The position numbers and the translations under genes were made by a program. A stretch of 39,342 bases of DNA from a virus. Its lineage: Duplodnaviria > Heunggongvirae > Uroviricota > Caudoviricetes. The notes under the pieces were generated by a model. It worked only from the letters and a program-made list of their open reading frames with translations. It was not told where the DNA came from and searched no databases. This document shows positions 16,317-24,624 of the stretch, piece by piece. Every line of letters starts with the position of its first letter. Within the stretch, counting starts at the first letter, position 1. The stretch covers positions 99,348 to 138,689 of the IMG/VR virus record IMGVR_UViG_3300026549_001501. One strand, 5' to 3'.

Positions 16317-16709
16317 ATGGCAAAGAAATTTTCAACATTAAGAAAGGGCGACGCCATATGGGTATGGCGTGGTAATAAATTATATGAATATCAGTTAGAT
16401 AGAGTAGAAAGGGTGAAACCCGCAACGTTGCCCGCATATAGCAGCAAGTGGATTATACACACCGACCAAAAGCCTTATTGTATTCGTCTTTTTATTACTG
16501 AGGACGGAAATAAAGACTACTATGTAATCTATTCAGAAAATTTTGCGAAGAATGTGCACGTCTTGACTTGGGACGACGAAGAAGAAAGTGGTAATTGGAT
16601 TATCGGCACAAGCAAGGAATCCATAAGGAAAATTGTAGAAAACTCATGCAAGGATGCAATAAAATACGCCGAAGAAATGCTCAATAAATCAATGGCTGAA
16701 TTTGAATAG
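16317..16709 (+). CDS. MAKKFS-family protein, copy 2
   Basis: MAKKFSTLRKGDAIWVW..IIGTSKE; first 18 nt identical to 15376. Confidence 0.75.
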   Translation: MAKKFSTLRKGDAIWVWRGNKLYEYQLDRVERVKPATLPAYSSKWIIHTDQKPYCIRLFITEDGNKDYYVIYSENFAKNVHVLTWDDEEESGNWIIGTSKESIRKIVENSCKDAIKYAEEMLNKSMAEFE

Positions 16710-16711
16710 TA

Positions 16712-16927
16712 ATGAATCACGGATATTGTAAAAATTGTTGGTGGTGGGATTATTGGAAATCGCTAGGTATAAAACAAACGCGATTTGGCAAATGTTATAT
16801 GCATAATGGGAATGATAAACCTTATGTACCAACAAGTGAGGAAGGGTATTGCCCCGACTATACCAACAGGAAGAAAGAAGAAAAGAAAGCGGGAACGCTT
16901 GAAAATTGGCTATTAAAACAAATTTAG
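16712..16927 (+). CDS. Small Cys-rich putative metal-binding protein
   Basis: YCKNCWWW..GKCYMH..GYCPDY. Confidence 0.7.
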   Translation: MNHGYCKNCWWWDYWKSLGIKQTRFGKCYMHNGNDKPYVPTSEEGYCPDYTNRKKEEKKAGTLENWLLKQI

Positions 16928-16935
16928 TATATTTG
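16928..16935 (+). promoter_or_regulatory. -7 promoter element, probably leaderless
   Basis: TATATTTG-CATT-ATG(16940). Confidence 0.7.
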
Positions 16936-16939
16936 CATT

Positions 16940-17416
16940 ATGGATAAAGTAACGATTACCTTACAGAGTAAGGAACTTATTGAACAAATCCTCGCTTCCT
17001 CACCGGACGTTGAGGTGCGTGCGCACAATGCTATCATTGACAGTCTCACAAAGCGTCTTATCAAGAACGTAGAGAACAGTTACGACGTGAACGAGGCGGT
17101 AAAGAAGGCTAAGTGCAACGCCGAGAATGAAATTAAAAAGAAATTTTTTGACGAAAAAGCGAGCAGTTATGGCTATGGCTCCACCTATACGCTTAGGCCT
17201 GAATATGAACGTGCCGTTAAAAATGCCGTCAACCAGATTTGGCTCGACAAGATTGATGAACGCGTAAATGCTGTAGTCAACAACATTGTACCTAAATTCG
17301 AGGAAGAACTGCGTGCCGCCACTGAGACAAAGTTACGTCAAATTCAGGAAGCCGATTTCGAGAAGGTGGTTAACGCCGCTGTCCGTCAAATCATGGAAGA
17401 AAAATTCAAGAAGTAA
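16940..17416 (+). CDS. Helical hypothetical protein
   Basis: 158-aa ORF after promoter. Confidence 0.75.
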   Translation: MDKVTITLQSKELIEQILASSPDVEVRAHNAIIDSLTKRLIKNVENSYDVNEAVKKAKCNAENEIKKKFFDEKASSYGYGSTYTLRPEYERAVKNAVNQIWLDKIDERVNAVVNNIVPKFEEELRAATETKLRQIQEADFEKVVNAAVRQIMEEKFKK

Positions 17417-17417
17417 A

Positions 17418-17672
17418 ATGAGCGAACTAAAATCAGAAGCCGAAATTGCTGTCCACCGTAGGTTGAATCTTCTTAATGGAGAAAATTTGACTTCCGAGGA
17501 ACTCGTCATGGAGGCGAAGGGACTTGTCGCAGAACTTCGCGACATATTCAGGAAAGAGCTTGAGGTTGAAAGCCGCGCACTGACGGAATTCCGTCATCAG
17601 TTGTGCGATATGAAACCGATTGATCCTGAAATTCAAAAAATAATCAACGATAATTTTTGGGAAATGTTATGA
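17418..17672 (+). CDS. Hypothetical protein
   Basis: MSELKSEAEI start 1 nt after upstream stop. Confidence 0.7.
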   Translation: MSELKSEAEIAVHRRLNLLNGENLTSEELVMEAKGLVAELRDIFRKELEVESRALTEFRHQLCDMKPIDPEIQKIINDNFWEML

Positions 17673-18169
17673 AAAACAATGACGTAATTTATTTTTCCGT
17701 TGACAACTGGTTTTGCGGAAGAGACTATCCTGACACTCCAGCGTTCAGGAAATGGCTTGGCGATGACTTGAAGCAGACATTTATGGACGACGCCTGGGCT
17801 AAGGAAAATAAGCTCTGTATCAGGCACGGCTGTATTGATATGAGTTTCAACTATGTTGTTTCCGCGCCAAGGGAATGGGTTGAGAAGAATTGTCCCGAAT
17901 TGCTTTCCGACGGGGAATATACATACGACATTATCTCATGCGGTAGAGACGGAGAGAAGCGTACTACATACACTAAGAAATATTCTGATTTTGTCTTTGA
18001 GCCAGAAGAGGACGGAAGTGCGCCAGAAGACAATTGGGGATGGCCGTTCCTCGATTATTGCGAGGAGAATTTTGGCAGCCAGTGGTATGAGGACCCGTCC
18101 TATTACGAAGATTACGATGACGACGAGGATGATGAGTACGAAGACAATGAGGAGGAAGACGATGAGTAA
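17669..18169 (+). CDS. Hypothetical protein with acidic tail
   Basis: ATGA overlap; C-terminal D/E run. Confidence 0.75.
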   Translation: MKNNDVIYFSVDNWFCGRDYPDTPAFRKWLGDDLKQTFMDDAWAKENKLCIRHGCIDMSFNYVVSAPREWVEKNCPELLSDGEYTYDIISCGRDGEKRTTYTKKYSDFVFEPEEDGSAPEDNWGWPFLDYCEENFGSQWYEDPSYYEDYDDDEDDEYEDNEEEDDE

Positions 18170-18371
18170 GGCAGAAGAAGCCGCATTAAACGCTTATCCC
18201 CATGATTATCCGGAAAGAACCGGATACAGAGAAGGATATGAAGAGGCTGAGAGAGTGACAATCGAACGAGCAATCCACTTGCTAAAGTACGCCGACGCCG
18301 GCACTTTGTATATTAACTATTTTAAACGTAAAATGGAGGAAGACGATGAGTAAGGCAGAAGAAGCCGCATT
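18151..18371 (+). repeat. 37-bp perfect direct repeat flanking one gene
   Basis: GGAGGAAGACGATGAGTAAGGCAGAAGAAGCCGCATT at 18151-18187 and 18335-18371. Confidence 0.95.
18162..18353 (+). CDS. MSKAE/FxxGY-family small protein (63 aa)
   Basis: MSKAEEAALNAYP..YREGYEEAE..RAI..YFKRKMEE; seen as tail of track ORF 17853. Confidence 0.75.
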   Translation: MSKAEEAALNAYPHDYPERTGYREGYEEAERVTIERAIHLLKYADAGTLYINYFKRKMEEDDE

Positions 18372-18594
18372 GCGGGAATATCCAACACATGAAGGCGCAA
18401 CACCTGAATGGGTCAAAGCGCACCTCAGCAGTTGCACGGAATTCATTAAAGGATATGAAATCGGAGCAAAGGAAATGTATGATTTCATTCACGAATTTGC
18501 CCACCATTATGCATGGACAAATGAGGACGGAACAGTACATCTTCCAACTTTTATGCACGACTTCATGAAAGAAGCAAGAATCTTTAACATATGA
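18346..18594 (+). CDS. MSKAE/FxxGY-family small protein
   Basis: MSKAEEAALREYP..EFIKGYE. Confidence 0.75.
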   Translation: MSKAEEAALREYPTHEGATPEWVKAHLSSCTEFIKGYEIGAKEMYDFIHEFAHHYAWTNEDGTVHLPTFMHDFMKEARIFNI

Positions 18595-18857
18595 GTAATT
18601 TAAGAGCAACAAGGGCATGCGACAAGTTACTTCCTCAGGACATTGAGGAAAGCGTCAATGAGCAGGGAGGACTTGTGCGTACTGTAAAGAACTGTGAACT
18701 GCGCCTCGGGTTTAAGCTTGGCTATAAGACAGCTGAGAAGGAAGCCATTGATAGGGCTATCGGCGTATTGAAGAACTATTGTGATACTCGTAAACTGTAT
18801 GAGGGTACAAAAGTTAAACTTATACAGTTTTTCCAAAAGGCAATGGAGGAAGCGTAA
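18591..18857 (+). CDS. MSKAE/FxxGY-family-related protein
   Basis: LRLGFKLGYKTAEKEAIDRAI..FFQKAMEE. Confidence 0.7.
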   Translation: MSNLRATRACDKLLPQDIEESVNEQGGLVRTVKNCELRLGFKLGYKTAEKEAIDRAIGVLKNYCDTRKLYEGTKVKLIQFFQKAMEEA

Positions 18858-19021
18858 TGGCACAAACGGCTTGTGGACAGCATTTTTCATGGGATTGCCC
18901 AATGTGGTGTACAGGAAAGAAAACCCAAAACATGAACTACGTAAATGTGCAAGTTGATCCTATATGTATTTCTTGCCCATGGTATGAAGGTAACAATAAA
19001 AAAATAGAAGATTATGAGTGA
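18857..19021 (+). CDS. Small Cys-rich protein (54 aa, not in ORF track)
   Basis: TAATG overlap; ACG..DCPMWC..ICISCPWY. Confidence 0.6.
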   Translation: MAQTACGQHFSWDCPMWCTGKKTQNMNYVNVQVDPICISCPWYEGNNKKIEDYE

Positions 19022-19193
19022 CAGTAAATTGCACAAGGAAAAAGGAAGATCAAAGAGAGGAGTTTACGGAGAATCCTTCAAGAATTTTCCGCTAAAGGTT
19101 CAGAAGTATTACGACAGGCGTTGCGGTTCAATTGACGACAAGCTGTCCAAGCTTGAAGCATTGGAGAAAGAAGCCAAGAAGTGCAATGAGTAA
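19014..19193 (+). CDS. Small basic protein (59 aa, not in ORF track)
   Basis: Fills gap; stop lies within ATGAGTAA of the next gene. Confidence 0.55.
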   Translation: MSDSKLHKEKGRSKRGVYGESFKNFPLKVQKYYDRRCGSIDDKLSKLEALEKEAKKCNE

Positions 19194-19605
19194 GGCAGAA
19201 CAGCGTGCATTGGAAGTATATCCGATTAAGAATTCTTCCGTGATTAAAAATAAGTCGCTTGCACATAATTGGGAGATAATCGACGAGAACTCGGAATTGA
19301 GAAAAGCATTCAAGGAAGGTTATGAACTTGCCTTGGAAGAGGATAAATTGGCTCCGTTCAAGTCTCCGTTCACAGGCGGAAACGTGTTCATTGAAGAAAA
19401 GGAATCTACGGTTAAGTATCGCGGAATGGATATAACCGTGAAAGCCAAATACTATCGTTGCGAGGACACCGGGCACGAATTCACAGATTCAGAGGTTGAT
19501 ACCGATTTCATGTGGGCGGTATTCAGAAAATATTGGGAAAATAAGGGATTTGAACATTTTTACGAAATAGATGGATACAAAGACGATAAGACAGAAGGCG
19601 ATTGA
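19186..19605 (+). CDS. MSKAE module fused to MqsA-like antitoxin N-terminal domain
   Basis: MSKAEQRALEVYP..AFKEGYE, then KSPFTGG..VKYRG..YYRCEDTGHEFT..VFRKY. Confidence 0.6.
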   Translation: MSKAEQRALEVYPIKNSSVIKNKSLAHNWEIIDENSELRKAFKEGYELALEEDKLAPFKSPFTGGNVFIEEKESTVKYRGMDITVKAKYYRCEDTGHEFTDSEVDTDFMWAVFRKYWENKGFEHFYEIDGYKDDKTEGD

Positions 19606-19741
19606 AGCCTATCCAGATGATAGGCATCCGCTTGCGGTGGCGACAGCCAACACGCACTTCCTCAGGGAATGATTTGAAAAGGGCTACGAACAGGCGTTGA
19701 GAGAAATTGTTCAAGAAATTAAAGAAAAATTTGGGATTTAG
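19571..19741 (+). pseudogene. FxxGY-family gene interrupted by in-frame TGA
   Basis: MDTKTIRQKAIEAYP..FLRE*FEKGYEQALREI..; TGA at 19670-19672. Confidence 0.65.
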
Positions 19742-19761
19742 AAATTAAATCCCTATTTTTG
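19730..19761 (+). promoter_or_regulatory. Bacteroidetes promoter
   Basis: TTTG 19730-19733, 20 nt, TATTTTTG 19754-19761. Confidence 0.65.
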
Positions 19762-19763
19762 TA

Positions 19764-20003
19764 ATATCGAAAAGGAAGAAGATATATAATATTTTACACA
19801 GAAATCCAGAACACTGGTGGGACAAGACAAATTACTGCGCCCTCTGTCTGCATAACGACGGAACTATCGCAAGGCTTTACTGCGACAGTGCCAACGAACT
19901 TATTGACACGGCAGTAATACTCGCCTTTTCCACATACACCATCAAGGTAAGGTGTATGGCTCTTAGAGAAAATAAATGGACAGAAGTTTATAGAATAGGA
20001 TAA
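19764..20003 (+). pseudogene. Open frame lacking a canonical start codon
   Basis: (I)SKRKKIYNILHRNPEHWWDK..YRIG*; ATCG stands where a leaderless ATG is expected. Confidence 0.5.
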
Positions 20004-20006
20004 CAT

Positions 20007-20384
20007 ATGACACACATCAGAAAGAGAAGCCCCGTGATTGACGAAATCATGGAGCGAATCAGAAAAAGGAACGAGGAGAACCCCGTAGTCGAAAGGCTCG
20101 AGGACACTCCAATTCCAGGCATCACAAAGATTGATCATATCAAGGAACTGCAGGAAATTCTCGTGCAGACTTGCATTGATTACATCAACAAGAACGGGCT
20201 CACTGATATTTACAGCGTATCATTCAATGCCGATTCCCTTGCAGAGTCAGCAGAGTACGGCTCGTGGCAATGTTGCACTGACTCCTATATTCGCATCGAT
20301 GGTATCCGTGCGCAGCGTAGAAAGCGTAAGAATGGGGAAATCGATGAGTTTCCCTATCGTTACGAAATCGGTGAATATATGTAA
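20007..20384 (+). CDS. Hypothetical protein
   Basis: 125-aa ORF. Confidence 0.75.
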   Translation: MTHIRKRSPVIDEIMERIRKRNEENPVVERLEDTPIPGITKIDHIKELQEILVQTCIDYINKNGLTDIYSVSFNADSLAESAEYGSWQCCTDSYIRIDGIRAQRRKRKNGEIDEFPYRYEIGEYM

Positions 20385-20386
20385 TA

Positions 20387-20418
20387 TTTGCATATTTCAA
20401 TTTTTTGCGCTATCTTTG
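20387..20418 (+). promoter_or_regulatory. Bacteroidetes promoter, probably leaderless
   Basis: TTTG 20387-20390, 20 nt, TATCTTTG 20411-20418, CAAC, GTG 20423. Confidence 0.7.
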
Positions 20419-20422
20419 CAAC

Positions 20423-20689
20423 GTGGAAAACAAGAGAACAACACGCAGTCATTGGAATCAGTATGTTGATGGCGAGAACGTTATCAGGATACCGAAGAAA
20501 TCGTACAATACTGAGGCTGACGCTCTTAGCGCCGCAAGGATTATCAACGCCTACGGTAACAATGCCTTTAAAATGGTTGCCTACAAGTGCTCCAAGTGCG
20601 ATAAGTGGCATATCGGGCATAACGGAACTTATATGACGAAGGAGCGCCGGGAAGAGGCAAAAGACAAACTCAAACACAAAATAATTTAG
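20423..20689 (+). CDS. C2H2-type zinc-finger phage protein
   Basis: KKSYNTEADA..AYKCSKCDKWHIGH. Confidence 0.7.
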   Translation: MENKRTTRSHWNQYVDGENVIRIPKKSYNTEADALSAARIINAYGNNAFKMVAYKCSKCDKWHIGHNGTYMTKERREEAKDKLKHKII

Positions 20690-20694
20690 CATTT

Positions 20695-21108
20695 ATGAAG
20701 AAAATTTTCATTCTTATCGCGGCGATTTTCGCCCTTACGTCCTGCGCCTACATTGAGGACGTGTTCGAGGATTCTGCCAACAAGTTTGTTGGAGAGTATA
20801 CGGTTAAATTCGTCTATGACAACGGAGAAACCAAAACTATCGACGAGCCTGCGCTTATTACCAAGGCTGGCACCAGCTCCGTGAAACTGTTCAACGCAGA
20901 GACATTCAACACCACCGGCTCAACCAAAGGATACACGGTGAGTTTTGAAGATGTCGTTATTGAAAACGATAAAGAAAAACTAGGCGTTAATTTCAGCACC
21001 GGAGAACTCATTGGAAATGTCCTGAATGTGCCAATTACCGTTCTTCTCGTCAATCCAACAGCCTCAATGAAATCAACCGGCGTAATGGTTCTTACGAAAG
21101 TAAAGTAA
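20695..21108 (+). CDS. Lipoprotein, beta-rich (lipocalin-like)
   Basis: MKKIFILIAAIFALTS-C lipobox, acidic residues after Cys, FVGEYTV strand. Confidence 0.75.
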   Translation: MKKIFILIAAIFALTSCAYIEDVFEDSANKFVGEYTVKFVYDNGETKTIDEPALITKAGTSSVKLFNAETFNTTGSTKGYTVSFEDVVIENDKEKLGVNFSTGELIGNVLNVPITVLLVNPTASMKSTGVMVLTKVK

Positions 21109-21132
21109 CTAACAAACTACAAACAATTTAAT

Positions 21133-21165
21133 CCCCTCGCTGACTGTCAGTTGAGGGGTTTTTTT
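21133..21165 (+). terminator. Intrinsic terminator
   Basis: CCCCTC.CTGA/TCAG..GAGGGG stem followed by T7. Confidence 0.8.
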
Positions 21166-21166
21166 C

Positions 21167-21198
21167 TTTGTAAAATCGGAATAAATTTGTTATATTTG
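21167..21198 (+). promoter_or_regulatory. Bacteroidetes promoter
   Basis: TTTG 21167-21170, 20 nt, TATATTTG 21191-21198. Confidence 0.75.
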
Positions 21199-21259
21199 CA
21201 TTGTTGGTAATTACAACATAATCCTTTCAAGGATCAAGATAAGGGAAACTTATAGCAAT

Positions 21260-21628
21260 ATGATATACACATTTAATTTCACAAATAGGAACTACAAGGA
21301 ATTCTCGTTCAAGGAGGCAGTTCTTGGAATCATAACCGTCCCTTTCGCTTCTTCTCTCAAGGAAATTGACAGTATGGCTAACGCCTATTGGAAAGAGAAC
21401 GGACTTAAGGTGGACGAGAATAAGAAGAATTGGGGCACTTTCTGCCTCAGGAGAAAGGGTAATGACACCGCTGTAACCCTTTTCGTGTTCCATGGAATAA
21501 CGAAGGATATGACAGGAAAGGTTATTGATGCCGCCATTAGCGATATGAGTTTGTGGAACGGAATCGAGCCTACGTTCGACGACTATAAAAGGATTAACAT
21601 TGAGTTCGAAAACCAGTTCATCGACTAA
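21260..21628 (+). CDS. Hypothetical protein
   Basis: 122-aa ORF, TAATG coupling downstream. Confidence 0.75.
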   Translation: MIYTFNFTNRNYKEFSFKEAVLGIITVPFASSLKEIDSMANAYWKENGLKVDENKKNWGTFCLRRKGNDTAVTLFVFHGITKDMTGKVIDAAISDMSLWNGIEPTFDDYKRINIEFENQFID

Positions 21629-21852
21629 TGAGGAAAGCCGCTGCATATCTTGTATTGGTATTTGCCATATCCATACTCTTAATGAGCCTGTGGATATGCT
21701 TGAAGGAAACTGAGTTACCGAAGTTCATCTTATATATCGGTACGGGTATTCTTTATCTTGCCACATTTGCAGGATTGCTTCGCGGAATTATTTGGACTGT
21801 GGAGCATTTTGTAAGGTGGATTGAGAAAGGTGAAAAAGATGACGAAGCATAA
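21628..21852 (+). CDS. Small two-helix membrane protein
   Basis: Two hydrophobic segments. Confidence 0.7.
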   Translation: MRKAAAYLVLVFAISILLMSLWICLKETELPKFILYIGTGILYLATFAGLLRGIIWTVEHFVRWIEKGEKDDEA

Positions 21853-22523
21853 TATGAATATTGACGAGATAATTTTAGAAATGAGGGAAAACGCCGGCTT
21901 GATTGTCGAGCGCGGTTCTGTTGTGTATGGTTGCACGAGTTCAATGTCAGACAGAGACATTCTTGCAATTGTTCCTGATAGATATGAGGAGTTCCTATCA
22001 CAGCACGAAAACGGAATCCTGCGTCAGAATGATTTAGATACAAAGTTTCTATCAAAGGACAAGGATTGGGAATATATTTCTGAAAGTAATTTTCATAAAC
22101 AAGTTGAAGAATGCACTGTTTTGGGTATGGAAACTATTTGTACGCCTTCCAAACATGTAATTTATTAACAGTACAATTCATGATCATAACATTAAACTGC
22201 CGCTTGATAAATGGAAAATCAGACAACGGTTCTCGGCTACGGCATCAAATTCTTGGGCAAAGGCGCACAAGAAAATGACGGTTGAGAAGGACTTGGATAT
22301 CTATCGCGGACAGAAGTCCCTTTTCCATTCCCTCCGTATCCTTATGTTTGCAAATCAGCTTTGCGAATACGGATGGATTGTAAATTTCGAGGAAGCAAAT
22401 GACTATTGGTGGAAGATTTATTCGAAAGACCTGACTTGGGACGAATATAAGGCAGAATATAAACCCATTTACAATGAGCTACGCTCAAAATTAGCGAGAT
22501 TAGCTCCTAAACCAATTGATTAA
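21839..22523 (+). pseudogene. Pol-beta-superfamily nucleotidyltransferase split by a +1 frameshift near 22160
   Basis: RGSVVYG..SDRDIL motif in frame ending at TAA 22166-22168; the other frame is open from 22161 (FINST..PLDKWKIRQ..SNSWAKAHKK..KSLFHSLR) to 22523. Confidence 0.7.
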
Positions 22524-22540
22524 TTTTAACATTTAAATAT

Positions 22541-23065
22541 ATGGCAGATACAGAAAAACTAAGAACAAGGGTTCCATTTAATATGAAATATCGCCCGCAG
22601 TTGGAAAGTGGAGAATACACCCTTTTCACAAGGGACGGACGTTCTGCAAGAATTGTATGTTGGGACGCAAAGAACTACGGCAGGGAGGACGACATTATCG
22701 CAATGGTTGGAACCTCTCTCGGCGGAGAAGCCATTCAGAGGTATTCTCAGAGCGGCAAGCTTATATCCAATATGGGCTCAGGACACAATTCCAAGTGGGA
22801 TTTAATGGTAGACGGTTATATTGAGGTAAAGCTCAACAGGTTTCAGGAGAAACTGAAGAAACTGTTCGAAGACAAGTTCGGGAAGCAGTGTGTAACAGAT
22901 ATCTACATTGACGCTCTTGCTGAGGATATGTACAACCTTGCAATTGAAGAGGCTGGGCGTCGTGGTTTAGCGTGCATTGACCTTAATCCTCAGAGCATGC
23001 AGATTAAAAATCCGACAGATGCATTGACTTCGAACGATCAGAAAATTTATTTTCAGGACTTTTAA
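22541..23065 (+). CDS. PF..TRDG/RIICWD-family phage protein
   Basis: VPFNMKYRPQLESG..TRDGRSARIVCWDA..IIAMV. Confidence 0.8.
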   Translation: MADTEKLRTRVPFNMKYRPQLESGEYTLFTRDGRSARIVCWDAKNYGREDDIIAMVGTSLGGEAIQRYSQSGKLISNMGSGHNSKWDLMVDGYIEVKLNRFQEKLKKLFEDKFGKQCVTDIYIDALAEDMYNLAIEEAGRRGLACIDLNPQSMQIKNPTDALTSNDQKIYFQDF

Positions 23066-23068
23066 TAT

Positions 23069-23554
23069 ATGGAAAACGATATTGCAAAACTTCGCCCGTT
23101 ATTTAAGGAGCGGAATGAAATCAACCAAAAAATTTGGCTCCTGTACGAAACCTTTGACGGTGATACCACACAGCTTAAGGAAAAACTCGTTGGAAAGTGC
23201 GTATATTTCCCGCTTACCAATGTGTACCTTCTGAATGTAACTGACGTTGTTTACATAAGGGAGACAAAACGATTTGAAATCAGAGCTGAGTCCGGCTACG
23301 ACTTATGGGACGACGAGAACCTTTCATATTGGCGTTGTTTCGTCCGTCGGGCATATAAGGAGGATATTTCCTTACACGTTCTTGATCCATACGATAACGA
23401 CTGCTATGACAGGTACGAAGTCCTTGACGAAGAAACTGCAACGAATAAGATTCTTAGCATCACGAAGGAATCTTCCCTGAGTGAACTTGATAAGAAAATT
23501 TCGGAGAATGATAACAACTACAAATATGCAGAATTTGACTATGACGAAGAATAA
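23069..23554 (+). CDS. Hypothetical protein
   Basis: 161-aa ORF. Confidence 0.7.
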   Translation: MENDIAKLRPLFKERNEINQKIWLLYETFDGDTTQLKEKLVGKCVYFPLTNVYLLNVTDVVYIRETKRFEIRAESGYDLWDDENLSYWRCFVRRAYKEDISLHVLDPYDNDCYDRYEVLDEETATNKILSITKESSLSELDKKISENDNNYKYAEFDYDEE

Positions 23555-23918
23555 GGTTTCATTGAATGAACTGTCAACATCAATCCATAAGGATGTTGTT
23601 GAAAGTGGGTTTTATGACGATCCCCGACAGATTGGTACGCTTCTTATGCTCGTGGTATCTGAGTTGTCGGAAGCGCTTGAAGCGGACAGGAAGAACAAAC
23701 ACTGCTCCATTGTGGAGTATGCCCTTACGCCAGAGGGAGAACTTGACGTCGAGAAGTTCAAGGAAAAGGTGAAGGATACCTTCGAGGACGAAATTGCCGA
23801 CACATTCATTCGCCTGTTCGACTTATGCGGATATCTCAATATCGACATTGAAAAGCATATCGCGCTGAAACTTATATACAATAGGACACGTGGATACAAG
23901 CATGGAAAAAACTACTAA
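23541..23918 (+). CDS. MazG-like all-alpha NTP pyrophosphohydrolase
   Basis: LMLVVSELSEALEA..EDEIAD..IRLFDL..K..YN.TR.YKHGK. Confidence 0.85.
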   Translation: MTKNKVSLNELSTSIHKDVVESGFYDDPRQIGTLLMLVVSELSEALEADRKNKHCSIVEYALTPEGELDVEKFKEKVKDTFEDEIADTFIRLFDLCGYLNIDIEKHIALKLIYNRTRGYKHGKNY

Positions 23919-24234
23919 CGGAACGACTTACGAGGAACGCCTGAACGAATACCTTGGACCTGTCAACGAAGGAGAAACAAGATACTTCGGAATACCTGAC
24001 GGCGACATTGTAGCACATATCAAGAAACATCTTGAAGGAAATTACAGCGTTGCTCTTTGGACTTATGAATGCCCTGAAGAGCAGATTAAAGAGAACGATA
24101 AAGTTCTAACAGAAGCTGGAATTGTGCATTATCACGATAAAATTATGGATGGGTTTGTATGCTTTAATTCCGAAGAAGATATGAATCACTTCCGTTCAGA
24201 TATAGATAAAATTTCAAAGACATTGGCTAAATAA
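23890..24234 (+). CDS. Hypothetical protein
   Basis: Coupled ORF; start uncertain. Confidence 0.7.
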   Translation: MDTSMEKTTNGTTYEERLNEYLGPVNEGETRYFGIPDGDIVAHIKKHLEGNYSVALWTYECPEEQIKENDKVLTEAGIVHYHDKIMDGFVCFNSEEDMNHFRSDIDKISKTLAK

Positions 24235-24608
24235 TGGATAAAATATTAAGTGGCGACGAGCCTTGCGTTGAACTTGACGGATATAGACTACCCGACGGAG
24301 ATCCGGTGCTTGTAATTGGTAAGGAATATTTTAGATTCGCAAATGGAAGTCAACCATTCGAACAGACTGAGATATATAAGCAGGCGGCGAAATTGGTTGA
24401 TTTGATCGCTGAATATAAGAAAAAAATGACAAAAGAGGAAAAGCGAAAATTGTACGAGCCTAAATGGTGGGCGTTGTATGAGAACGGGCAATTTGTTAGC
24501 AGCTATCCAAGCCACGCTGAAGCCAAGAGAGCAAAGCATATCAAGGTAAAGGAAGCTGACGCAGATTGGCTCGATTTATATTACGAAATTAAACCTTATA
24601 ACAGATAA
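24234..24608 (+). CDS. Hypothetical protein
   Basis: TAATG coupling. Confidence 0.7.
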   Translation: MDKILSGDEPCVELDGYRLPDGDPVLVIGKEYFRFANGSQPFEQTEIYKQAAKLVDLIAEYKKKMTKEEKRKLYEPKWWALYENGQFVSSYPSHAEAKRAKHIKVKEADADWLDLYYEIKPYNR

Positions 24609-24624
24609 AAAACGGAGAAGTAAT

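Noticed and set aside
14454-18371. CRISPR-like repeats
   Set aside because: Repeats are separated by whole genes of 150-270 bp and coincide with start and stop codons; no regular repeat-spacer period and no cas genes.
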